From positions 3,494,785 through 3,558,784 of the forward strand of contig CM119263.1 in NCBI GenBank assembly GCA_051294375.1: 64,000 nt of DNA. Reading direction: 5' to 3'. Shown piece by piece: positions 28,954 through 41,252 of the stretch. The notes under the pieces were generated by a model that saw nothing but the letters and a program-made list of their open reading frames with translations, did not search any database and had not been told where the DNA came from. The position numbers were made by a program, and so were the translations under genes. Within the stretch, counting starts at the first letter, position 1. Each line of letters starts with the position of its first letter. The DNA is from Paraspadella gotoi. Taxonomy: Eukaryota > Animalia > Chaetognatha.

Positions 28954-31456
28954 TTTTGCTTGCTTGCTTGCTTGCTTGCTTCCTCGTTCGCTTGCTTGCT
29001 TTCTTTATTTCTCTCCTCCTTAATTCCCCTGGGACACTCCGATACCAGAAACCTTTTTCATCTCTCCTTTTTTATTCTTCGGAAGTCACGAGTTCTGCCA
29101 TCGTTTCCTTTCTTCGCAACGCCTCCTCAATCAGCGACCGAACGCCCTCAACGGTATTGTCGTCGTCGTCGTTGACATCGTCGTCGTCATCGTCATCGTC
29201 ATGATAGTCGTCGTCCTGTTTCTTTTCACACTTTCCCTGTTTTTCCAACAGATTTCCCCAAAGACTCATTTTTCATCTTTTTTCGTTTTTTCTGTTCTTT
29301 TTTTCTGCTATTGTNNNNNNNNNNNNNNNNNNNNNNNNNNNNNNNNNNNNNNNNNNNNNNNNNNNNNNNNNNNNNNNNNNNNNNNNNNNNNNNNNNNNNN
29401 NNNNNNNNNNNNNNNNNNNNNNNNNNNNNNNNNNNNNNNNNNNNNNNNNNNNNNNNNNNNNNNNNNNNNNNNNNNNNNNNNNNNNNNNNNNNNNNNNNNN
29501 NNNNNNNNNNNNNNNNNNNNNNNNNNNNNNNNNNNNNNNNNNNNNNNNNNNNNNNNNNNNNNNNNNNNNNNNNNNNNNNNNNNNNNNNNNNNNNNNNNNN
29601 NNNNNNNNNNNNNNNNNNNNNNNNNNNNNNNNNNNNNNNNNNNNNNNNTGCAGACGACTGAGATTGTTCAGACGAGTATCAAAACAAAACAAAACTTTTC
29701 GAACAAACAAACGTTAATCTTTGGGTGAGAATTTCACGAGAGCTTTGTGACTTCCTCGTTCACCATCTAATCATCACATTCGCCGGCGGATTCACTCTTG
29801 GCTTCACGATCCCGCCGGTAATCGAGAGTTCAGAGCAAAGCTATCGCCACTACGGTGAAAATTGAATCACTCCTGGNNNNNNNNNNNNNNNNNNNNNNNN
29901 NNNNNNNNNNNNNNNNNNNNNNNNNNNNNNNNNNNNNNNNNNNNNNNNNNNNNNNNNNNNNNNNNNNNNNNNNNNNNNNNNNNNNNNNNNNNNNNNNNNN
30001 NNNNNNNNNNNNNNNNNNNNNNNNNNNNNNNNNNNNNNNNNNNNNNNNNNNNNNNNNNNNNNNNNNNNNNNNNNNNNNNNNNNNNNNNNNNNNNNNNNNN
30101 NNNNNNNNNNNNNNNNNNNNNNNNNNNNNNNNNNNNNNNNNNNNNNNNNNNNNNNNNNNNNNNNNNNNNNNNNNNNNNNNNNNNNNNNNNNNNNNNNNNN
30201 NNNNNNNNNNNNNNNNNNNNNNNNNNNNNNNNNNNNNNNNNNNNNNNNNNNNNNNNNNNNNNNNNNNNNNNNNNNNNNNNNNNNNNNNNNNNNNNNNNNN
30301 NNNNNNNNNNNNNNNNNNNNNNNNNNNNNNNNNNNNNNNNNNNNNNNNNNNNNNNNNNNNNNNNNNNNNNNNNNNNNNNNNNNNNNNNNNNNNNNNNNNN
30401 NAGGGAAAGCGGGTTGGATTTTGGTGAGGAAGAAAGAGGGAGAAGGAGAGGAGAGAGGGTCGAGTCTTGAGGCGAAAATTGTTTTTTTTTAATAACTAAT
30501 TTATTAAAAGGCTATGCATTAAGAATGAAAATCGATGTTGAAAAAGACAATAAGCCAAACCTCAAGGGCAAAAGAGCGAAAAAGCTTAAGTAAAAAGGAG
30601 AATAGTAAAATATACACGAAACAAATAAATCAAATATGAGAACTTTTATGAGAATTTTAAGCTATAGTCAAATTTAAAAAAAGGGGGAAAAAGTAAAAAA
30701 CTTTCCATCCATTAATCAGTCAATATAAAAAAGCGGAAAAGACCAAAAAGGTTTATATAAATAAATATGATACACATAATATCCTATTGTCGCCTTTTCG
30801 ATATTACCGCGCTCCTCTATTTTCCTTCAGTAGATTAAGAAAGAGGAAGATTTTTTTGAATGAGAAAGAAAGAGAAAGAAAGTGAGCGTCAGGGGGAGAA
30901 TTTGGGTGAGGATCACGGTGAGAGCGTGAGAGCGTGAGAGCGTGCGGTGAAAGTGGGTGGAGTTTGAGGAAAATGAGGAGGAGCAGCTGGTCACGAGTCT
31001 GGAGAATAAATGGATGTTGCATTATATCGGAATTCTTTATTTAACAAAGTTTTGTAAGCGAAAATAACGGAACAACCTGATTTTGCAAATTATGAAGTTA
31101 GAAGAAGGTCACCTTGTCTCTTTTATAGGTTAATTACTTAATTGTTAATCATCCGCGACATTTTGTAAAAATAGCTAATTTTAATTAAATCGGAAATCGG
31201 CTCTCGGATGCCCGACAGCATTTGTACGACGAGTACATTAACATTTTACGAAAAATTAATAAAATAGTTTTATACGGGAATTTTGATATGGTGCATTTTA
31301 AACTAAATTCCTCGACACTAGAATATGTAAATTAGTTCAAAGTTTAGACGCGGAACAACGAAAAAGCTCAAACTCAAAACCCCGGAAAGGATTTGTTTTG
31401 GACTTCAGTGCAATCAGTCAATCACGAATAGTTTTTGTTGTTGTTGTCATTGGCAG

Positions 31457-32225
31457 GCGTTCTCCATCGGCGACGTGGACGGATGGGCGAGCGAACGTCT
31501 CTTCAACAGCAACATCAACGAGTGGGTCTCCTTCGCCTTCAATCGTCCCGTCGTTGTCGCCGCCTTCGCCTTTAAGGTCAATAGAGGGGGTCACCGGGTC
31601 CCGGGGTCCTTCCAGGGGTTGTCTGCCATTTTCGGGGCAGGGATCATCCTTAAGATGAGTGAATTTAGTTATTTCCTAAGACTGCGGCTTTTAAAAGTTC
31701 GACTCAAACTGGTTCGATCTCAAAATTTAGGATATTTGTAAACTTGGTTAATTATTTTTTGGGGTTCACAGATGGAAATCGTCGTCATTTCGACTTTCTG
31801 TGCGAAATATATTCAAAGCGTCAGACTTATTACTTCCGTGAATAAAACTCACTTTTTTTCACCTCACCCACAGGGGGATCCCGATCCGGAACCTCTCGAC
31901 TCACCCACCTCATACTCGCTTCAAGGATCTCACGATTCCATCGATTGGACGCCGGTCTTCACGATCGAAGACACGCCCCCTTTCGNNNNNNNNNNCACCC
32001 ACCTCATACTCACTTCAAGGATCTCACGATTCCATCGAATGGACGCCGGTTTTCACGATCGAGGACACGCCCCCTTTCGTGACTCCGGACGAGACGAGGT
32101 TCCATCGGACGGCGTCGCCGGCGTCATTTCCGGTCTACAGACTCTTGGTGACGCAGACGTCTTGGTCGAAACCGGGAAATCTTTGCGGTTCTATTGTCGT
32201 CAGAGATTTGAGGATGTTTGGGTGA
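31457..32225 (+). CDS. 3' exons (31457-31576, 31874-32225) of a gene encoding an F5/8-type C / discoidin-like (galactose-binding-like fold) domain
   Basis: Acceptor ggcag/AFSIGDVDGWASERLFNSNINEWVSFAFNRPVVVAAFAFK/gt, then cacag/GDPDPEPLDSPTSYSLQGSHDSIDWTPVFTIEDTPPFVTPDETRFHRTASPASFPVYRLLVTQTSWSKPGNLCGSIVVRDLRMFG-stop after collapsing the 84-bp duplication at the 10-N gap. W.S, EW+.F, P..Y.LQGS.D...WT, YRL and L.+FG are typical of this fold. Confidence 0.75.
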
Positions 32226-33164
32226 AGAAGGGGACGTCGTCGTCGTCGTCGTCGTCGTCGATTTTATCATCAACTTATCCAGATTTGATGGCAACATTTG
32301 TTTTCTTTAGACTCAATAGGTAATAATTCCCCAAGCTCTTTTCAAAATTTTGTAGTGATTTTTTTCACTGTGACTCAATTTAAACGTTTGCGTGTCATTT
32401 TTGTCATTTTTGTCATTTTCTTGTCAAATAATGAGTTAGTTTGCATATTATTATATCAAGTAAAAAATTCTCGTTAGTATATTTTACGAGTTTTATTACT
32501 GTCGTATAAAATGAAAAAAATTGAAAGACACACAAATTCAGAAAATAATTTGAGAAAATAAAATCTCTCTCTCTCTTCCTATTTGATGACGAACGTCGTT
32601 ATTTCCTCGTAATTCAACGGAGATGACACGCCGTGTCCTACGCCGTGACACGAGCCGTGTCAAGCGTCGTTACCGAGAAATTCGAAACAGGATACAACCC
32701 CGTGATTTAACCGCGACTCGGCGCACCCTTAGTCTCCGCACCCCAGGTCTCGAAAACCCCGAAACTCTATTCGCAGAGATCCGGATGACAATTAGGGTCG
32801 GATTAAAACGCATAAACATTTTTTTTTTTGAGTAATGGTTTTTGAGGAAAACAATTTGAAGGAAGAGAAGCGACGGAAGATGGTGAGGAGGAGGAGGATG
32901 AGGAGGAGGACGTGATGGAGATTGAGTAGGACGAAGGTCGTTAATCTCTTCCAGAAAGATTCAAAATGGCGGAAATCGGAGGCGAAAAAGAAGGAAGAGC
33001 AAAAAGAAGAGGAAGAAGAAGGAGAAAAATAATGAAATGACTTCAAATGAAAATAAAAAAAATCTGAAATCTCAAGAAAAAAAATTTGAATTTTGGGAGA
33101 AACGAAGGAAAATTCCATTTGAATGCGGAGACGTCACCGGTCGAGATTTTAACGATGCCATCTT

Positions 33165-33196
<32 letters not shown>

Positions 33197-33229
33197 NNNN
33201 NNNNNNNNNNNNNNNNNNNNNAAAAGCAA

Positions 33230-34200
33230 GAGAGGTGGGAAGGGTGAAGATGTGGTTTTAAAGAGGGTGGGAAGGGGTGAAGATGGTGTTTTAAAAGGGG
33301 TGGGAAGGGGTGAAGATGGTGGATTTAAAGAGGTGGGAGGAATGGGGTGAAGATGGTGGTTTTAAAGAGGTGGGAAGGGTGAAGATTGGTGGTTTTTAAA
33401 GAGGGTGCGGAAGGGTGAGCATGTGGTTTTAAAGAGGGTGGGAAGCGTGGGTGAAATGGTGGTTTTAAAGCAGGGTGGGGAGGGGTGGAAAGTAGAGGTG
33501 TGAGTCGAGGGTAAGGAGGGACGCTGAGAGCGGAAAATTAAACACGGATGCTTATCTCTGTTTAAACTTGAATTTTTTGTATACTTTGTCGGGTGGTGTG
33601 AATATACCACCACAGTCTGTCTATATTCTTATATGTCCGAATAAAATATTGAAATTAATTAGTTGTTAATGTTGTTTAAAAGCTAAAATAACTATAAGTT
33701 TTGGTTATAAAGAAAGAAAGAAAGAAAATAAAGAAAGAAAAGAAAGAAAGAAAGAAAAAAAGAAAAGAAAGAAAAGAAAGAAGAAAGAAAGAAAGAAAAA
33801 GAAAGAAAGAAAGAAAGAAAGAAAGAAAAGTTCTTTCTTTCTTTCTTTCTTTCTTTCTTTCATTTTCTTTCTTTCTTTCTTTATAACCAAAACTTATAGC
33901 TTATTTTAGCTTTTAACAACATTAACAACATAATTTAATTTCAATATATTGTATTCGGACAATAAAATATAAGACAGACTGTGGTGGTATATTCACACCA
34001 CCCGACCAAGTATACAAAAGAATTCAAGTTTAAACAGAGATAAGCATCGCTTTAATTTCCGCCTCAGCTCTCCTTACCCTCGACTCCACACCTCTACTTT
34101 CACCCCTTCCCCACCCTCTTTAAAACCACCATCTTCACCCCTTCCCCACCCTCTTTAAAACCACCATCTTCACCCCTTCCCCACCCTTTTTAAAACCACC
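33230..34200. repeat. Inverted repeat (arms ~0.4-0.5 kb) folding back inside a (GAAA)n/(TTTC)n microsatellite; the arms carry a ~31-bp minisatellite
   Basis: ctataagttttggttataaagaaag (~33692) mirrors ctttctttataaccaaaacttatag (~33875). ataccaccacagtct mirrors agactgtggtggtat. The unit aagatggtggttttaaagagggtgggaaggggtg is repeated at 33230-33485 and in reverse at 34100-34200. Confidence 0.9.
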
Positions 34201-36954
34201 CTCCTAAACTCCGCCTCGAAAGGCGCGTAAAATCTAAAGAACACAATCAAATCGACGATGGGCGTCAGCAGCAGCAGAGCAGCCGTCCCCAGCGCCGCGT
34301 AGTCCTGCAGCGTTTGAAACACGATATTGGCGAGATTTTTGTGAAAATCCCTCCGTCGTAAGATGGCGTCGGTCATCGTGACGTTGACGTCGTCGTAGGG
34401 GGCGTGGCTCCGCGTCGCCTTGACGCCGAAACAGCTCGTGTCGCCGGCGTCGAATTGAAAGCGCATCCTTCCGTCGCGACAGCTAAAGTTTTCCTCGCCG
34501 CGCTGCGGCGACGTCGGCTGCTGCCAATCGGAGCACGCTGCGTCGGGGGCGACGACGACGTCGAAGCGAAAACCCCGAATTAAGTCGCAGTCGAAATCCA
34601 CGAGGAATTCCAAGATGAAGGAGCCTTTTATTTGGGGGGGAGGGGGGGGGAAAGGAAAGAATTGGGGGCCATGGATGGAGTAGATGGGGGATGTGGTTAG
34701 ATGAAAACTCGATTTTGTTGACGACAAAGTTGTCTCCTTTTGATTCCTAAAGTTTATTTTCAATTCGTGTTGTTTTAGTTTTTTTTATATTTGTTTATTT
34801 CAGTTAAGTTTAGTTTAGTTGAGTTTAGTATTTTTAGCTCAGTATAGTTTGTATTTATTAAGTTTCATCTCTATTTTGCCCTTCAGTCTGTCCGTCCGGT
34901 AAGAAGTTCTTTCTGATATCTACAGACCAGTGTCTCTCTCCACGCCCACAACGAACCAACCTTTCTCAATCGCTTTGTCGAATCGATAATACTCCAACAT
35001 CGGCAGCTCCGCCGCATGGCGCCGTCCAACGCGCAGCCGCTGCTCCCCACTGCGGCTCAGATCGGACCGAGCGCCGCGCCTGTACCCTGCGCCGCCCCGT
35101 CGAACGAATTCCACTCGCCGATACTGCGGCCTGGACTCCGATTGGCACCGGAAGTTGTCCGTTCCGTAATCCTGTCGTCCGCTACGGCAAAAGTGATGCC
35201 GGAAATGGCCAGAACCAGAGTCCGTGAGGAAAATATGGCAGAGAAAAAAGACGAATAGACGATGGCGAAGCAAAGGTTACGCGTGACCTTTTCGTGTGAT
35301 GCGCCTTCGTCTGCCGATTTGATGGGCAGCGGCGCGATGGAGGTGAAAGAGCGACCGCTGAGACGATGGACGGCGCTGGCGACGCCCCTGGACGCCGACA
35401 ACCGCCGATTGCAGAAAGGCTTCAAGCGCCGCCAGGAAATTGGAGTGGAGTGAGGTAGTGGACGCAGACGCTGCATAGTGGTTGGGGAGGGTATGTCGAG
35501 AAATGGAATCACTCGATTCCTTCTCCTATCATTGTCAATTGATTGTTCTATGGAATCAATTACAATAAAATTTTATTACTATTCATTTAAATTAATTGGT
35601 CAATTAATTATTTTTTATTAAGCAAATAAAATATAAGTCAGTCAATTGCAGATGAATATCTCATATAAATCAATTGAAATAGATCAAAAGATATTAATCT
35701 AATCAATTAATACAATCCAATTCAATTATATCAGGTCAATCCAGTAATTAAATGATTAATCAATTTAAAACACATCAATGATTTCAATTAAATCAATCGA
35801 ACATTTAATCAATACAATCAATTTTCCTCTCCAACCCGTTATGGACGATCTCATCGCTCGAATTCGTCAAGTTCCACACGACTAGAGACTTGTCGATGCC
35901 TATTCTCTTCAAAAACGCGTATCGTCTGCCACCGTCTGCAACTCATCCAACGTCCACGGGGCCGCGTATTTGACGATGACTGTGAAAGGCGACGCGTAGA
36001 GGAGGATGTAACACGGATCCTCGCGAAGAGACGTTTGCGAAGGACTCCGCGCAAAAGTCCAGACCGTCTGCAGGTAGACGTTGCCTAAAGGTTTGACGCG
36101 ATACTCGAGCCAATAGGGGACGCAACATCGCTCGTCGAACGTGGCTACGATGATATCCACTCCCACCAAGGCGCGACGTTTGGTGACATTGGCGAACCGA
36201 TCTGTCTGGGTGATAGACGAGGACAAGGTTCGGGAATTGCTATGTATAAAAAAGTATACACAATACTCCATCAGTCAGCTCTACGTATTAAGAAATGGAA
36301 GGACGATTTTTCTGTTACATTTGAACTATATCTCTCGTGTATTTCATCTCTTCTCTCATTAATAATCTCTCGCTACTTCTTTGATCTCCTCTCTCTCTCT
36401 CGTACCTCTCATCTACTCTCTTCGTCGGATAGGCTCTCTTCTTCTCCATTTCACATCGCTCATACAAACTCGATCGTGCGTCCCAATCATGCTTCTCTCT
36501 CTACATGTCCCTTTATTTCTTTGATAATCTTTCATCAAATTTAGAGAGGAAGGAAATTCCTTGAAGCGATTCGATCAACATCCAACTTTTATGAATAAAG
36601 AAATTCAAATGCTATGTTTTTAGATATTAGTTATATATTTAAAAAAAAATTTCTGCCAAAAAATCTGCACAAAAAACATTGTTTTTTATAAGGAGACCAA
36701 ACTCCCCTTAAACGGCTGACAGAAGTGAACGTATCTCTCCGTCGACAACAACAAGTGAATCCACTGATGAGCGAACAGCGCCGCCTGTTCCAACGGATAA
36801 CAAATGGCGAAGATGAAGGGAAACGCCTGACGCCAGAATTTGGCCCAATGGCCGATGAGCGACTCCGCGTCGCAGAGGCCACCCACGCCGACCATGAAGG
36901 CGGGAAAGACGTAGCGGAGGCCGACCACGCCCAGCACGAAGAGGTTCGTCGACT
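34170..36954 (-). CDS. Rhodopsin-class (class A) GPCR resembling invertebrate FMRFamide/peptide-receptor-like orphans; partial, at least 4 exons (~36954-36707, 36205-~35860, ~35450-34925, ~34630-34170), with apparent sequencing frameshifts
   Basis: TM3 end LLLSTERYVHFCQPFK (E/DRY..C.P motif). Acceptor cccag/TDRFANVTKRRALVGVDIIVA...CVPYWLEY (TM4). TSLREDPCYILLY...VIVKYAAPW (ECL2-TM5). HEKVTRNLCFAIVYSSFF (TM6). ALLLTPIVDLIVFFRFYAPFEAEFRR (TM7-helix 8). TM1 would fall in or beyond the gap at 36955-37237. Confidence 0.7.
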
Positions 36955-37679
36955 NNNNNNNNNNNNNNNNNNNNNNNNNNNNNNNNNNNNNNNNNNNNNN
37001 NNNNNNNNNNNNNNNNNNNNNNNNNNNNNNNNNNNNNNNNNNNNNNNNNNNNNNNNNNNNNNNNNNNNNNNNNNNNNNNNNNNNNNNNNNNNNNNNNNNN
37101 NNNNNNNNNNNNNNNNNNNNNNNNNNNNNNNNNNNNNNNNNNNNNNNNNNNNNNNNNNNNNNNNNNNNNNNNNNNNNNNNNNNNNNNNNNNNNNNNNNNN
37201 NNNNNNNNNNNNNNNNNNNNNNNNNNNNNNNNNNNNNTGGTGGGTTAATGGGTGAACAGAAAGATTTATTTTGCTGAAGAGGAATTGGACAGCAGAGAGA
37301 AGAGGCAAAAAAAGAAACTGACTGATACGTTCGGAATTATCAAATTTAAAATGCAACAACTGATGCATTGGGAGTCGGAAATAAGTTGACCATCCGACAA
37401 AAACTTTTGTAAAATTTATCGATTGAAAAAAAAATTAAAGAAAAGTTTGACAAAATGAATCGATCTGGTATCGTACAAGTTTTTTTAAATTCATAATGTA
37501 TAAATAATTATAAAATGTGGAATATTTCGTCTTCTAGACAATCCAGTATACGCTTACTGCACAATGAAGCCCCACTGACTCTCCAATCTCACTATCACCC
37601 ACATTATCGCACCCACATTAATTCCCTCTTGCCCACAAATACCCGACCAACTGACCACCAAGAGCGTCGCCCAGACGGT

Positions 37680-39168
37680 GAAAAAAGAAAAATATCGGAA
37701 AACCCACCACCAAACGTCGCTCACGTCCATATCGACCTGGAGTGGACCGGCCTGCACCAGCCGTCTTGTCATACTCATCTTCTGAACGATAGATTGGACC
37801 GCCTTCACGCGCTTGGCCGCGAAGGTGCACCTATCCTACAACCTCTTCGTGATGACACCTCCTCGTGCGCCGCCTTCCGCTCGCCGACCCGCCTTTCTAT
37901 GCAAAAACTGGGTCTCTACTGCTTTTTGGCGTCGCCGTGCAACCGATGTCTCTTGTCCACACACCGATCGTGGCGCCCAATTCACATCGGAATTGTGGCG
38001 GCCAAGTGGCGGCGGTAGTGGCTTCGACCTTCCACGACGACCGCTACCACCCCATCCAACGGGATGGTCGAGCGCCTTCATCGGACGCTAAGGCCAGCCC
38101 TGCGCTGGCCCTGCTGCGACGCCGCCGGACATTAACTGGTGGCGCAGCTTCCATGACCCTCTTGCAGCCTCCGCGCAACTCCGGCGAGGGAAGATTCGGA
38201 TGCCTCCCCGCAGAACGCTAACGGCTGGGCGAGACTCTTGACGCTCCCTGGAGACTATTCCGCGGGTCCCAACAACCGACGTCGACGCCGCCGCCGCGCG
38301 CGCGAAATCCTCGACAATCTCCGTTGCAGATGTTGTTCTCATGCAACCTCTGCCCGCCACCCTCTCATGTTGCCGGAAAATGGCTCGCTGACCCGACCGC
38401 GTCTACGTCCGACGCGACGGACATTCGACCGCCGCTCCAACTACCTTACGACGGCCCTTACAACTCCTCGAACGTGGTTCCCCAAAACTTTCAAAATCGA
38501 AATTTTTTTTTACCGGGACGCGCGTCGAATGATCTCCGTTACGGACTGAAACCTGCCGTCACCGACGAAGTCGCACCACTGAACCACGCAGGCGCGACCA
38601 CGTGGTCGCCCCGCGTGCTTCAGCAGCTTCCGTCCACGGAAACGGAAGTTGCACTCCCTGATCACGGGCAGGCGCGACCACCATGGTCGCCCGCGCGTCT
38701 CAGCAGCTCATCTATGCCCCCGCCTCCAGATAAACGGCAAGCGGCGCCACTTTCGCGTTCCCACGACGCCGCAAGTTGCTCGTCGACAATCTTCATCAAT
38801 CCCGGGTCTTATCAACGTCTTCCGACGATGCTTCAGCCGCCGCGAAGGACGACGACGGAAAACGACGACGACGCAATCCATAACCTTTTTCAAGCCTTCT
38901 CCCCACCCGCGTCAAAGGCTTTGGTGGGGATGTGTGGACGAACATCTAGAACAACGCAACCTTTGTCAAACCACATGACCTTTACCAACCTTACCTCGCT
39001 CATTTCCCCCAACTTATTTATGGTCAAAACGGTTGACCTTTATGGTCCAAACGTTGACCTTTGTAAATACCATTGTAATAGACTTAGCATCTGAGCATTT
39101 TGACTGTTTATTGTTTATAAACGTTGTTGAAGAATAATCATTCTTCTCTGAAACTTGTTGCGTCCACA
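37680..39168 (+). mobile_element. Degenerate Ty3/Gypsy LTR retrotransposon 3' fragment (integrase, PPT, 3' LTR)
   Basis: Frameshifted integrase motifs in order: HVHIDL, THLL, TDRGAQFTSELW, YHP, TLPGDY, RPPLQLPYDGPY (GPY/F motif), LKPA. These are followed by a purine tract ggtgggga and an LTR-like segment. Confidence 0.85.
38933..39168 (+). repeat. Putative 3' LTR (~236 bp)
   Basis: Begins TGTGGACG just after the purine tract and ends CGTCCACA, giving an 8-bp perfect terminal inverted repeat with TG...CA ends. Confidence 0.7.
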
Positions 39169-41252
39169 AAATAATTTATAAAACTGTGGATCTTTCGTTT
39201 TTCTAGCACAAATACCAAAAAAAGTCTACAGAACAACATAAATAAATAGCAAACACAAAATGACAAAGCACCACAAACTAGAAACTCAAATAACACAATA
39301 AATACCACTATACACACAAACAAAATAAATAATCAGCCACACACACAATATAATATACAACAACATAACATTAGACCACAACAAATACAACCGAACAAAA
39401 CTGAACCAAACAACAAAAAAAAGAGACAAGAAATAAACAGCCCAAGAACAGAAGATGAAAACGGATAACACACGAATACATAGATACAATAAATATAGTA
39501 TATATAATACACGAGATAACCAGACAGCGTGAAAAAAGAAAGACCAAAGAAGACAGACAGAAACGCACAGAACGAAGAAAGAATGAGACAACGAGACACA
39601 CGACTAGAGAAGACAAAAGAATAAAGCCAGAATAGAAGAACAGACACAAAACAGAAAGAACAAAAAAAAAAGAAGAAATACGATTGGTGGGAATGCAACA
39701 TTATAGGGGGGGGTGGGATGGAGAGATGGAAGTAGGAGGCGAAAGGTTGTTGGATAGAGGAGGTAGGAGTGAAAGTAGAGTAATAAGGGAGGAGGAGAGA
39801 AAAGTAGGCATAATAAAGTGAGGAGGTAAAGTAAAGTTAAAAAAAGGAAGAGTCTTCGATCAAAACGTCGGAGTTGACTGTGAAATATCGTTCTTGTATA
39901 TTCACGCTTCGCGACGTCAAGCGTTCGAGCGTCGTCCGTCCCTTTGGTTAAACGTAGGCTTATTATGATCTTTTCTGAATCATGAGGAAATTGAATGAAT
40001 GCAAAGTGGCATGAAGGTTTACGAAACTTTATTGTATTAATGTCCAAATAAATCCAGTGAAACTGAGGCGAGCATAATAGGTTTCTAGTTTACTATTAAA
40101 GTTTTCTTTTACTAATTTTTGTTTTTGTTAATTAAAAACCAAAATTTGGGTAATCAGTAACAGGAATTTGGACAGGAATATAAATTTCTTGCCGCAAATG
40201 TTATCACGAAGGAAGTAGGTTTATTCGTCGGTTTATTCGTTCAGAAAAGAAATTACGATTTAATGATGAAGAGATCGCTTCAGCTTTGGCAACATCATAT
40301 GCGCTGAATTTCACTGTCGTTTTCCATGTCTTTTCCAAGCCGTCGTATTGCATACTGAGATTGTAGTCAAGTTTTTCTTTAAGAAATTTTGATTTAGTTT
40401 TTGTGGGAATAATAACGTTTTTTTTTGTGCTCACGGTTTTTTTACTTTTGTCAAGGATATTTTCTTTCTGTTTTGCGACGGTTTAGTCGACCACCAAAAT
40501 CGTGAAAAACAAAATATTGATAGCGGCTGACTCGAATCGTCCGTGAGGCAACAAAAAAGGAGCATAAGAAGGAGCGAGAGAGAGAGAAGAGAGAGAGAGA
40601 GATAGAGAAAAGATNNNNNNNNNNNNNNNNNNNNNNNNNATGAAGTTTAATTTGAAATCAACTAAACAAGTTAACATTTCTAACTCATGAAAATTTCATT
40701 TTCAACATTGGTTTAATTCAAGCTCTTTGTACAAGAGTATTTATTCAAATCATGAAAAAAATACATCGAGTTTGCAAACGAAAAAAAAAAAAGAAAAAAA
40801 GAAAAAACCTCCGTTACGCAGGAGGCTTTCTTTCACTTCAGAACATAATCATACAAGCTAAACCTAAAACATAACAAATATAAAACTATTATCAAAACCA
40901 AGATATATATACGTCGAAGTAACTGAGTTCTTATTTTAAATGTCTTCCTCGCATCTTCTACAAATAAGTATTAATTTCATCCTCTGAATCGAATTCCGAC
41001 AACGAAATCGGTTTCGCATTTTCCCCACCCGCCACGCCCACCCTCCTGTCCACCATCGATCCATCCACCTTTCTCCCTACCCCAACCACCTCTTCCCCCT
41101 CCACCTTCCCCTTTGCCACGCCCACTCCTCGCTCCTTCACGATTTGGACGTAAAGATGAAAGAGTTCGCGAGCGACCGCCATGATGACGATCACGTTTTT
41201 GACGATCATGACGGAGANNNNNNNNNNNNNNNNNNNNNNNNNAAAGAGAGAG

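Noticed and set aside
29735-29866. Short + strand frame ELCDFLVHHLIITFAGGFTLGFTIPPVIESSEQSYRHYG as an upstream exon of the discoidin-like gene
   Set aside because: Flanked by gaps, weak splice signals, no recognisable motif.
254-30470. Long ORF-track entries such as 20062-21693 (543 aa) and 25250-26110
   Set aside because: They are open only because they run through N-gaps or microsatellites (poly-X, SLSL, FFLS, RERE, TTTT).
39215-39850. Strongly A/C-skewed tract giving hydrophobic ORFs on the minus strand
   Set aside because: The ORFs are a compositional by-product in all three frames; probably noisy read sequence.
39850-40560. Minus-strand ORF fragments (…KEKLDYNLSMQYDGLEKTWK…, …DINTIKFRKPSCHFAF…) that might be a frameshifted gene
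   Set aside because: No recognisable family motif and no consistent frame or splice structure; cannot be supported without a search.
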